From: Chiloscyllium plagiosum
Lineage: Eukaryota
DNA length: 64,000 bases
NCBI RefSeq assembly: GCF_004010195.1
Contig: NC_057750.1
Coordinates: forward strand, 8,824,684 to 8,888,683
Reading direction: 5' to 3'
The stretch's first letter is position 1. Each line of letters opens with the position of its first letter. Shown piece by piece: positions 37,471 through 49,429 of the stretch. The position numbers and the translations under genes are program-made. Below the pieces are notes generated by a model. The model searched no databases, was not told the DNA's origin, and saw nothing but the letters and a program-made list of their open reading frames with translations.

Positions 37471-38189
37471 AACAGCATGAGGATAGATACAGAATAGAGT
37501 TCTGTCTACACTATCCCCAAACACTTGCAGGTCAGTAGCAATGTGGGATTAGATACACAGAATAAACTGCTTCACAATGTTCACAAATGTGTCTCAGCTT
37601 CAACTTCAGAACAAGCCACCTGTTATTTAATCTTCATTTCTGTCAGTTGTTATTTCAATCTGACTTGCATTGGTGGGCTCAGTGCAATAGACTATTTCTC
37701 CACCATATTCAATAACAAAATTACACCATCTTCCCTTCTGGCTCTCAAAAATGATAATTCGCTCCACAATAGTGATTTTGTGCTGTTGGGGGACACAGAC
37801 ACAGGAACTTCACACATGACCCCTATGAGTGGGTTGAAAGATGGCACCCCATGAACCATTTCAGGATTTAAATCCAGCTTTCTGACAAAGTGCCAAAGTA
37901 CAGGAGATGACCATTCAACGCCAGAGTTTGATCTGCCTTTAGGCAATTGGTTATTTCCACCTACCTTCATATCATTCTGTAACAAAAGCCCATCAATCTC
38001 AGTTTGCAATTGTAAAATGACCCACTCGTCCAGTTTCTTTATTTGGGACCGTGGTGGGGAGCAGTGTTCAGATTTTCATTATCCTTTAATGTGAAGACTT
38101 GCTTTCTTACATTATCCCTGCACTGAATGGTTTAAGTCTAAGGTTACGGCCTTTTGCTGAAAGGAAATGGGTTTCTTTGTATCATCCCC

Positions 38190-38492
38190 GGTGGCTCAGT
38201 GGTTAGCACTTCTGCCTCACAGCGCCAGGACCCGGATTCAATTCCTGTCTCGGACAACTGTCTGCGTGGAGTTTGTACATTCTCCTAGTGTCTGTGTGGG
38301 TTTCCTCCGGGTGCTCCTGTTTCCTCCCACAGTCTAAAGATGTGCAGGTCAGGTGAATTGGCCATGCTAAATTGCCCGTAGTGTTAGGGGTAAATGTAGG
38401 GGGAATAGGTCTGGGACGGTTGCTCTTCAGAGGGTTGGTGTGGATTTATTGGGCCGTAGGGCCTGTTTCCACACTGTAGGGAATCTAATCTA
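38190..38492 (+). mobile_element. HE1-type V-SINE
   Basis: Full-length head, body and tail. Confidence 0.85.
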
Positions 38493-38660
38493 GTCCCATT
38501 ACATCATCTTAGCTAATTCAGTTTAAGTTCGTAGGCTTCTATACTCACAGGTACTCAAGGCTAGTCTGTGTAATCTGTTTAACAATTTAACCTCACTAGT
38601 AGCCAGTCCCACTCTTGTGATCCCCCATGCTGAGAGAAGTCTTTACCAAGTGCTTAGTAA

Positions 38661-38711
38661 ACTCACCTCCTTTCTTGTGAGCTCTGCAGCATCAGGTCCC
38701 TGCCACTGTGC
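38661..38711 (-). other. RAB4B: Untranslated end of RAB4B exon 7 and 3'UTR splice donor
   Basis: 45 nt after the stop the minus strand reads GGAG|GTGAGT, a consensus donor at 38666-38661. Confidence 0.7.
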
Positions 38712-38827
38712 CTAGCAGTTGCACTGTTGTTTGTTTTGTGTCTGCATACCTCTAGGCTGCCGCAGTTGACGTAACGAGGCATCACCATATTGGATTCCTG
38801 AGCCCATGCGCTCAGGGTCAAGCTCAC
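38712..38827 (-). CDS. RAB4B: RAB4B coding exon 7 (116 coding nt, stop TAG at 38712-38714)
   Basis: (G)[37 protein letters not shown], ending in a CxC prenylation motif. Exons 2-7 total 626 nt; adding an expected 16-nt exon 1 gives 642 nt = 213 aa, the usual RAB4B length. Confidence 0.96.
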
Positions 38828-40626
38828 CTGGAGGTTTGCAAAAACAGAAAAGATTGGTTTTCTCTTCCTCCTCTTTTAGAGAGTTGTTGTGTTCACCACA
38901 CAGAACATGTGTAAACAACCTGATCAACTCCAGCACAAACGAATGGGGTAACTGGCCTTTAACAGAGAAATAGACAACTACAAGCTCAACTTGGACACAC
39001 GTGGGTTAAATGTATCACCCAACAGAATAGGTCCACTAGCTATGCAGAGTTAGTTATTTTCAGACTACGTAGTAGTTGGGCATCTGGTCACAGTGTTGCT
39101 GGGCTAGAAAGGGTCAGTGCTCTCATTCCTCAAACAGAAATAGAAGTTGGAGAAACTCAGCTGGTCTGGCAGCACCTGGAGAAAGAAAGCAGAGTTAATG
39201 TTGAGTCAGAAGTGACTCCTCCAAACCAACTGGTCGCAGAACTGGATTATGCGACCAAACGATACATGCACATGTGATCCTCTGTGTTAGTTCTCTTACT
39301 TAGTAAGATGCGAAGGAATGGTCACTTGTTGGGTTCAGTCAATTTTCAGTGACAGGAGGCGTTTATGGAACTGAAGATGACTGCATAGCAGCACGAGAAT
39401 CGACTCATTTCCAATGCTTTCTGACAGTTAGCAAACCAGAATAGCTGGACAGCAGACCCAGAGGAGTAATCATCCAGGTAAACTAATCCTGATGACGCCA
39501 ATATACCAAGAATAGTGAGGAGACCCCCAAGGCTCTGAACCTCACCAAAACATCACCCCTTTAACAACCTAACAATATGGTGCATCAGAAACAAGACAGT
39601 TCCATCACCTTGCTGGTTTGTTAAATACAATTAAAGGGCATTTGTGTTTATACCGCATCCTCATCCCCCCAACTTTGAAAGATCTAATCGCCTATTTATT
39701 TTAAATTCATAATCATCACTCGTGCCTTTCAAACCATGTCTGACATTCACCCACTGAAGGAAATATTATGACCGGTGAAAAAATGTTTGAACAAAGATAG
39801 ATCTTATGAACTATTTCAAGACTGGAAGGATAAGAGAGAAACCAAATGTAGGAAGTGAAGTGAATCAAGAATGCAAGAAAACCCAGACACAGAATTCCTC
39901 AATGGCCTCACTCCACTATCACAAGGATGAGAATTTTAAAATTAAGCTTGCCAATGGAGGTTAGCAAGCACAGAGGACAAAGTAAAGTTAGGATGTGGGC
40001 AGATTTTTGGCTGAGCTCAAGTTTAGAGGATAGAAGATGGTAAGCCAGACAGGAAATCGGTGGAACCTCCGTTTCACATGAATTACCCTGAATCACAGTG
40101 CCATGGAGCCATTTTGCCACTGTGTTTGGAGAGCAAGGATGTGGTGGGATTGCACCACTGTTTCAAGATAGTACAACTGCATTTTTAACAAGTCACTACA
40201 ACTGGAAGACCTAGCCTGAAGTCTCACCAAAAATTAAGAACCTCTCTATTTTTATTAAGGGTTCAGCTGGAGAAAAGCAAGTGAAGTCTTTTACCATGCA
40301 AGATCTGGATCAGACGTAATGGGAGCAGGAGAGACAATATCAGTAGTCAGATACAGTATACACACTATAAATGGTTACTAGTCAGGAAGCACATCCAGAT
40401 TATTTACACCTGGATATCAGGTGACATTTGACTGCAAAGCTTGCCATGATTGAACAACATACCAACATCTGGCATCTGATCTAACAAGAAAAGAACGACC
40501 ACTTTTGAGTAAGTGTGGTCCATCACTGCTGTTGTGGTCCATCACTGGTGGTGGTGGAATCAGAGATAACTGATTTATCAGCAGGTTAAAATAAAGAGAA
40601 AAAAAAATGTCATTAAGTTATTTTAC

Positions 40627-40722
40627 CTGATTCGATTTTATTTAAAATGGTCCGAGCACACTTCAGAAATGCTTCTTCCACGTTTTCTCCAGTCAGCGCA
40701 CTGGTTTCCAGAAACATCAGCT
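40627..40722 (-). CDS. RAB4B: RAB4B coding exon 6 (96 nt)
   Basis: (E)[31 protein letters not shown](G), containing the ETSA motif. Acceptor gcAG, donor GTaaaa. Confidence 0.96.
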
Positions 40723-41358
40723 CTGCATCAGGAAAAACAAACAACCTTGAGAGTCAGAGTCATACAGCAAGGAAACAGACCCCATGCTCCACCCAGCCCT
40801 GACACTTTCTCCAAAGGTTCTGTGCACACAGCTGGTACCAATGTATCTGAAAACTCCTTCAATTCGGGGAGATGATGGTTTCAATGTAATTGGATTAGCA
40901 ATCCAGAGACCCAGGCTAATAAGAACACAAACAGGAGCAAGAGGAGGCCATTCAACCCATCAAGTCTACTTCATCATTCACTGAGATCATGGCTGATCTC
41001 CCAGCACCATTCTCCCGCACTATCTCCATTTCCCTCAATGTTTTTAAGATGATGAAATCTATTGATTTCAGTCTTGAATATTCTCAATAATAGACTTTGT
41101 ACAGCACAGAATTCCAAAGATGCACAACCAGTGAAGAAATCTCATTCATTCTCAAACGACATGTCCCTTATTCCGAGATTGTGCCCCTGATTTGAGACAT
41201 CCCCAGGCAGGAGAAGCATCCTTCCCAAATCAACATTGCTAAATCCTGTAAGACATTTGTACATTAGAACGGTGTTTGAATGAGGCCACCTCACTCTTCC
41301 AGATGCCAAAGAACAAAGAATATCCTTACCTGACCCACCTTGGATCTTATACATTCCA

Positions 41359-41564
41359 GGAGAAAGTGAGGTCTGCAGATGCTGGAGATCAAAGTTGAAA
41401 CTTTATTGCTGGAACAGCACAGCAGGTCAGGCAGCATCCAGGGAACAGGAGATTCGACGTTTCGGGCACAGGGCCTGAAGAAGGGCCTGTGCCCGAAACG
41501 TCGAATCTCCTGTTCCCTGGATGCTGCCTGACCTGCTGTGCTGTTCCAGCAATAAAGTTTCAAC
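41359..41564. mobile_element. Palindromic Penelope-derived element in RAB4B intron 5
   Basis: Near-perfect ~75-bp inverted arms; TSD tcttatacattcca at 41345-41358 and 41565-41578; plus-strand core CTGAAGA-A-GGGC-CTGT-GCCC-GAAA-CGTC. Confidence 0.8.
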
Positions 41565-41794
41565 TCTTATACATTCCAATCTAGCTCTCCCAATTACAGC
41601 AGAAACGAGCAGAGACTGTCTAAACTATCCTCATAAATCACCTGCTCATTCCAAGTATCCATCTCAAAGATGCAGAAAGCCAGTGCAGACAATTGAAGGC
41701 TGCATGTAGCCATTTTACAGTAGTAATTCAATAATGGACTATCAACATCTTTCACTGATTTCTGTTTACCTCTGCAATCTGCAGAATTACAGGA

Positions 41795-42131
41795 TGGCCC
41801 AATGGCTCAGTGGTTAGCACTGCTGCCTCACAGCACCAGGAACCCGGGTTTAATTCCACCTTCAGGCGACTGTTTGTGTGCAGTTTGCACATTCTCCCAG
41901 TGTCTGCGTGGGTTTCCTCCGGGTGCTCCGGTTTCCTCCCACGGTCCAAAGATGTACAGGTTAGGCAAATTGGCCATGCTAAATTATGGGTTAGGGTCAT
42001 TAGTCAGGGTAAATGTAGAGTAATAGGATAGGTGAATGGGTCCAGTTGAGATACTCTTCGGAGGGTCGGTGTGGACGTGTTGGGCCAAAGGGCCTGTTTC
42101 CACACTGTAGGGATTCTATGATCTATGATTC
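41795..42131 (+). mobile_element. HE1-type V-SINE
   Basis: Full-length match. Confidence 0.85.
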
Positions 42132-42186
42132 CTCTGTTTTGAGGCATTTTATCACATCCATAGTTCCCCTTTATTTACTTTGCTAG

Positions 42187-42492
42187 CTAGATTAGATTCC
42201 CTACAGTATGGAAACAGGCCCTTCAGCCCAACCAGTCCACACTAACCCTCCGAAGAGTAACCCAACCAGACTCATTTCCCTCTGACTAATGCACCTAACA
42301 CTACGGGAAATTTAGCATGGCCAATCCACCCTAACCTGCACGTCTTTGGACTGTGGGAGGAAACCAGAGCACCCGGAGGAAACCCACGCAGAATGTGCAA
42401 ACTCCACACAGACAGTCGCCCGAGGCTAGAATCGAACCCAGGACCCTGGTGCTGTGAGGCAGCAGTGCTAACCACTGTGCCACCATGCCACC
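42187..42492 (-). mobile_element. HE1-type V-SINE (inverted relative to its neighbour)
   Basis: Full-length match. Confidence 0.85.
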
Positions 42493-44021
42493 TCTCCTCC
42501 AAAAACTCCAAGAAGTTTGTTGAACTTGATTTCCATTTCATAATCCCCTGCTGACTCTTGCCAACCTTACCATTTTTATCTTTTTGTTGTGGTTCTAGCA
42601 TTTTCCTGACAACTGATGCCAGACTAATGGGGTCTGCATTTCCCTGCTTCCACATGGTTGTCACCTTCAAAGCTGCTGGCATCGCTCCAACAAGTCTACA
42701 GAGCTTTGAATAATGTTCTGGGGGGCATGGTCTTAAATCTTTTCGTAGCAGCTGGAGAATTTTAAATTTAGTTAATAAATTTGGAATTGAAAATTAGCCT
42801 TGGTAATGGTAACCATAAAAACTGTCGATTGTTATAAAAAACCCATCTGGTTTATTTGGGGAAGGACATCAGCTGTTCAGACTCATTTGGTCTACATGGG
42901 AATCCAGAAACTGCCCAGTCAGTCATACAGTTCACAAGGGGCAATCAGGGATAGGAAACGGATACTGGCTTTGCTGGCAATCCTCACATCCTATTAAAAC
43001 AAATTCCCAAAGAAACAATTCACACACAGATGCAAACTGGCTAATGTTTCACTGAACATAGTGGTTTGACTTCTGGGACTGAAAGGTGCTTCTTCATAGG
43101 GCGATAAAGATTTAGTTTTTACTCACTGTGTGCCTCCTGGTGGCAGGCTTGCACAGGGCTGAGGAGATGAATGCCTGGAATGGCAGCCTCCACTGTCATC
43201 CATTCAGCTCATGGTACAAGTTCTGGTCTATCAAATTCATAGAAACATACATCTCCTCTCTCTCTTTGGTTTCACAAGGATCTGCATATCAATACTCTTC
43301 ACCTACGTACCCAATTCTCTTTTGATAGACACTATTTCCATCACCCTTTCAGGCAGTGCGTTGGGGAATAGTCCCTGGGCCAGAGGAAAACCAAAGGGAT
43401 TGGTGGCTAACATCCAGACTGGTATGGTCAAGGATTTGGAGATCATGGACCCAACATCATATTTAGATCTCCGTTCTTAAACCAGCTACCATAACCAACG
43501 CCTATATCCCTAGATTAGCAAAACTTAAAACTCAAAGACAGGGTGCAGATTTTGTTCCTTTATTGGGATGGCAGCTTTGGTCATGTATTTATTTTTCCTC
43601 CCCCACCTGATCAGGAATTTTCCAGTGCTCCCATGTTCTACTCCTGATCTGAGCCAGGACAAAAACAAATGCTTTGAACAGATGCTATAAAATAACCATC
43701 ATGATTACAAACCCCCAACAGATCAGTAGTTAATAACTGATGCTGGAACGGTGACTTTGTGGACACAGAATAAAGCCAGGATAAAGCTCAACTGTGATGC
43801 TTGCAACCATTGAAGAATGTCCTTTGGGTAGAGTTCTTGCGTGAGAAAGGATGAAAATCAGGGGCTGGGATAGAACAAAATTTGATCCTTACAAAAGCTT
43901 TTCTGCTCTGTTACAGGTTCCTCCAAATGGCAGGTTTTGGCTTAGCCAGATTAAAGCCATCCTGACTGATACAGGGTAAAACCAAAAACAAAGTGTTCAG
44001 CTTGACCGGGTAGATAGTTAC

Positions 44022-44176
44022 CATTTTCTTGTGCAAAGCGAGACGCCTCCAAGAACGTGACCTCTCGATCTGCATCCAAGTCCTTCTTGTTCCCACAGAG
44101 AATGATCACGATATTGGGACTGGCAAGCGTCCGGGCGTCTGTCAGCCAGTTTGTGAGTGCGTTGTAGGTCTCCCGG
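44022..44176 (-). CDS. RAB4B: RAB4B coding exon 5 (155 nt)
   Basis: (S)[51 protein letters not shown](E), containing the NKxD motif. Acceptor tgtgaAG, donor GTaact. Confidence 0.96.
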
Positions 44177-45640
44177 CTTCACAGGAGGAAACAAAGGCCA
44201 TCAGTTACATTAGCAGAATAGCAGAACACCGAGTGCCTGAACGGCCTCGTCTTTTTCCCCCTCTACTTTACAAGTGTGGAATCACTGTTTAACTTCACCA
44301 GTTCAGAAAAGGTCAGCGCAGATGCCAGGACAACTGGTCTATTTTGTTCACCTTTCTACTAAAACCAACAGTCTTGCCATCACAGCACTTAACTTCAATA
44401 TTTCCAATGCTGCATCAATACTGTAGCTGGAAGGCCGCTCCATAAGCAGTTCACTGTGAAACGCTTCAAGCCAACAGTTTGAGAAGTTTGCTTTTAATCA
44501 GTTTCTCAACCATTTACCCTACACCTGAGACTCAATTTAGCCATAACACTACAACTCCATTTCTCAGCACTGATTAGCATCACAATTTCTATAAAGTCCT
44601 CAAAGTTTATGAGTCTGAGGTTTCCTAGCCTGCATTTCACCATTCATTATATGAACACAATAAGTCAAGTCTTCTGAACCTCTCTTTGCTGCACCTATAG
44701 CCAGGATATTCCTAGAATGCCTTGGTGACCACTACCATGTACAGGACTTCAGATAAGTCATAACTGGAGTCTGTATAGACTCAATAGGAGCTCCTTGGAC
44801 CTACAGCTCAAAGTATCTTAGAATGTTTTATTCCCTTCAAGATGTCATACAAGTGAGCTAGTACAACTTGACTGATGGAATCGAAAACAAACCAGTTCAA
44901 TCAGTAATATGACAGTCTGGAGGTGATTTGGGAGCAAAGGGAACGATGGGCAAGGAAGATAAATATAAGCTGAGAGTGGTCATGTTTGTTAATTTGATTG
45001 GAAACAAAGTATTTTCCAAGAGTTATCATGAAATAGACAAAGTTGAAAACACTCAGGTCAGATAGCATGTATAGAAAGAAACAGTGAACATTTCATGCCA
45101 ACAGCCATCAAAATTGCAACCCTCTCTCCACAGATGCTGCCTGACAAAAGTAATTTCGTTTTAACTGCAATGGCAGTATTTTACGTCTACCATAGTTCTG
45201 GTTATTCAAATTATGCTTCAGTATATAATGATTTAAACAATCCTTTTATACACAATGAAGTTTTGTCAAGAATGGGAACAAGTTCAGGGAACAGGAGATG
45301 TTACTATTGTATAGCTGACAGCAGGACTGCAGTGCATTTGGCAGGTTTGAGTGAACAGTGCTTTTTTTTAAAATAAAATAAAAATATGTAAAGCACCTAC
45401 ATGTACTATGTCAGAAACAGAATTCAACTAGGTATCTGAAGAAACTTTAGGCAGACTAAACTCATATTTTACAAACGCCGCATAAAGTGGTGCCACAGAG
45501 GTCAGTCATTATAACAGATGATTTAAATTGGTGTCTAGCAGCAAAATACTACTCAGATACTCTCCAGTCTCAAAGAGAAGAGGAGGCTGTTTGATATGGG
45601 TCAGAGTACAGTTTTGCACTAAGAGGGCAGGAATAATTCT

Positions 45641-45900
45641 TTAGATTACTTAGTGTGGAAACAGGCCCTTCGGCCCAACAAGTCCACACCGACCCTCCGA
45701 AGAGCAACTCACCCAGACCCATTCCCCTACGCTTACTCCTTCACCTAATACTACGGGCAATTTTAGCATGGCTAATTCACCTAATCTGCACATTTCTGGA
45801 CCCATGCAGACAAGGGGAGAATGTGCAAACTCCACACAGTTGCCTGAGGCGGGAATTGAAGCCAGGTCTCTGGCGCTGCGAGGCAGCAGTGCTAACCATG
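45641..45900 (-). mobile_element. HE1-type V-SINE
   Basis: Head and tail match, with an internal deletion. Confidence 0.8.
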
Positions 45901-46202
45901 CCATTACCCATTGATTCTTGAAAGAACAATGGACATTTCAGTGAAAATGGCCCCAAAGGCAAAGGAACCAAGAATAATTGCGAAGGACAACAAATCTACC
46001 AAGTGATTGAAAGGGCACAGTTCATTTGTATGTCCTTAAAAAAACATTAGGAATCGTTTATACCAAAGTGTTTGATTATAAAGAATTTAATCTACAGAGT
46101 AAAGCGGCTCAGGGACTGATGAGGTTTGCTTATAACCTTTACTTCCTTATGCATGCTAGCCAAACAAGCTGGAAGGTCCTGTGCAGTCTTTCCTACAATA
46201 TA

Positions 46203-46360
46203 CAGGGGAACCTCGATTATCCGGCATTTGATTAACCGAATTTTGGACTGGCCAAACAAGATTGCAAGGTCCCCATGCGTGGCTAACTATGTTATCCGAC
46301 ATCAATTAACCGAATGAAATACTCCTCGTCCCTGTCCTTCAGATAATCGAGGTTTCTCTG
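46203..46360. mobile_element. Tc1/mariner-superfamily (pogo/Tigger-like) MITE
   Basis: TA|CAGGGGAACCTCGATTATC ... GATAATCGAGGTTTCTCTG|TA: terminal inverted repeats with a TA duplication. Confidence 0.8.
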
Positions 46361-48314
46361 TAATTCAAAGATTAATTTGAGTAAACATTATTGAAAGGAC
46401 TGAAAAGAACCATTTACTATTTGGAAATGTTTACTTAAGGAGAATTATACCACAAGCACTTCTTATGCATTGCCACTTAATGACATTATGTGTGCTTGTA
46501 AATAAATTCAGCTACCAGTTTTAGCTTGAATGATATGATCTAACAACATAGTTTTACTGCCTTTAACAGTGAGCAGAAGGATGGGAGAGCAACTAGTGGC
46601 ATTGTTACTCCATTGACTTTACACACATGACTTGAAGTTTCAATTACTGGGAGATTCAGCTGCTTATGGAAAGGGTAGTTTTTTTTTGAGAAGAAAATTT
46701 TAAAACACTGTCGTTCTGAACTGGATAACAACTGCAAAGTGGCCAGCATCTGTCAAGGGAATCATTAGATGTGGTGGATAAAGCTATCACACAGAAGGCA
46801 TTATTCATACTGACAGCAAACTGATGTAGTACAGTTATTACAGCTGCATAGAGGTACTAATACAAGCAGCAAGATCAGTATTCTGTTCATTTCAGACTGT
46901 AAATTTCCCCTCACGAGGACAACCATATTTCTCTACTCAAGTTGCTGGGTGCGGCAGTACATTTAGTTTGGTAGTCACAGATTTCCATGTGTTCAGCTAC
47001 TGCTTTGCTGAAGAGTTTTTAAGCTACTCATTTGCTAATGTGCTGGTTTTAAAATTGGTTTGTGCATTACAAGTGAAGGAGTTCCTTTATCCAGATTAAC
47101 AATTAAGATTGTGCTGCAGTCACTGGGTTTATTACTATTGATATAAGGTATGAAGTACATTGCCAGTGCAGTACAATGGTGGGAGTGTATTACTTCCCGA
47201 TCTGTGCCCGATTGAAGGAGATTTATTTTTAACCAGCTGTTCAAACAAGTTGCATCACTTCTGCAGCCAAGGCTTCAACATGAGTTTTCTGACCCAGAGG
47301 TATGGACATTACCACTGCACCACACAAGTCCTTTAAACACAACCAACTAGTACAAAAACGGACAGTAAATGAGGCCTTAACTGATATTTGAACCAGGGGG
47401 ACTCAAATATGAAATGCTGCAAAGCAGGAACAACCCAATGTGCCAACTGCTGCCACGTGACTCATACAATTAGAAATTCTGGGCAGTATTTGGAAAGAAT
47501 ATTTTGAGCTGTGTAGCTCAATGCCAAAATACAGGTAATGATTGAGTTTTAGGAAATCATCATATTCAGGCGCAATCTGGTTTGATGACACAGACATGCA
47601 GCAGAATGGACAGCAAGTAACAGCAGGAAAGAGTGTCAAAACATTGCAGCTCACAGTCCCAAGCTGTCCTTCATGTGATATTACTATCGCATGCAACCTC
47701 CCTAAATGAACCTTTACTACATAGAAATCACAGCACAGAAACAGACCTGAATTGGTCATGTCAGTGTTTGTGCTTCGTTACCCTCCTCCCACCTTTACTT
47801 TATATCACCCAAATAGCATATTCTGCCATGCCTCTCGAGATTGTATGTTTAAGCAGCCTCTCCTTAAAGGGACACATGCTACTCGCCGGAACCATTCCAC
47901 GTGATAGCAAGTTCCATACTGTCATCACTCTGGCCAAGAACTTTCTAGTGCTTCTTTTTGGATTTATTAATGACTTTCTTACGTTTGTAATCAGAGCAAA
48001 GTGCTGTATGTAGTAGAAAAATGAAATCAAATCAAAGCATTGGAAATATTCAGTTGGTCTGGCTGTATTAATGCAGAAAGAAAGTTATTATTACAGATCG
48101 ATGCCTCTTATCAGAACCGATTTCTCAAATTTCACAGAATGCTTCAGTTCAGGTCAAGGACAGGAAATTACATGATTGCAGTTGTTAACATACTGGAAAG
48201 AGAGATGAGAAAGAGCGCGAGAAGGACTGGAACAAGGAATTTTCCAGATTTCCCACAAAAAAGCCATGCACAGCTTGGACCCATGTCAGTTCTCAGAGCA
48301 ACACCTTTTATTTG

Positions 48315-48628
48315 GGCAGTGTAGCGGCTCAGTGGTTAGCACTGCTGCCTCACAGCGACAGGGATCTAGGTTTGATTCCACCCTCGGACGACCGTCTGAA
48401 TGGAGTTTTCACATTCTCCCTGTGCGTGCATGTGTAAGTTTCCTCCAGGTGCTCCAGTTTCTCCCTCCACAGTCCACAGATGTGCAGGTTAAGTGGGTTA
48501 ACCAGGGGAGATGTGGGGTTATGGGGACAGGGTAAGGGTGTGGGTCTGGGTGGGATGCTTTTGGAGGGGCAGTCTGGCCTAGATGGGCCAAATGGCCTGC
48601 TTCCACACTGTAGGGATTCTATGATTCT
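48315..48628 (+). mobile_element. HE1-type V-SINE
   Basis: Head, body and tail match. Confidence 0.8.
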
Positions 48629-49429
48629 AAAAGGGGAAAAGGTGAAGAAGCTACTCAAATGTGGAGGCAAATTCAGCTGGAAAAGGTTCTAGGGAAATCA
48701 CGTTAGATGGAGGCTGGTTGGACCCTATTCAGGGGAGAACTGTTTTGATGGTGGATCACACTGACAGATGCTGCCAGATTGTCTTGAGTATTCCCAACAG
48801 ATTATTTTTATTTTACATCCATAACCCTCTGGTTTTGGATAACTTCACAATATTTAAAATGTAATTTTAACGCAGTGAACAATTTCAAGGTGCATCATTA
48901 GCGCTGTAACAACTTCAATTTGAGGAGAGATTTTGGGACACCTGACAGAGTGGTTTTGTTAAAAGATAGTTTTCTGACACTCCTTATGTGACATTTTGTT
49001 TTATAATATCTGTGAAGAGCCTTGGTATGTTTCATTGCATTAGAAGGACTATATTTAAGTTGTTTTAAGGAGTGTCTTAAAGGAGTGAACAGAAAAGATG
49101 CTTAGTACGGGATTCCAGAATTGAGACGCAGACAGTTAAGGCATGGTCACCAGTGGTACAACAAAGCTCAGGAGTGTGCAAGCAGACAGGCACCAACCTA
49201 AGTCTACCCTACTGAACTGCTTCATTATTTCAAAAACCTTTATTAGGCTACTTCTCAGACCTTCTTTTCCAAAGAGACACACGCCTTTTTCTGGTAGTTC
49301 AATAATGAACTACTCTGACCAGAATAACATAATACCAATTGAATAGGAAGAGTCTGTGCATACATATTTATGAATTCAAAGCAGTAGTAGACCATTCTGC
49401 ATTGGGTTATCAAGACCAGGATCGCAGGG

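Noticed and set aside
38828..38936. N-terminal part of ORF 38712..38936
   Set aside because: Intronic read-through upstream of the exon 7 acceptor.
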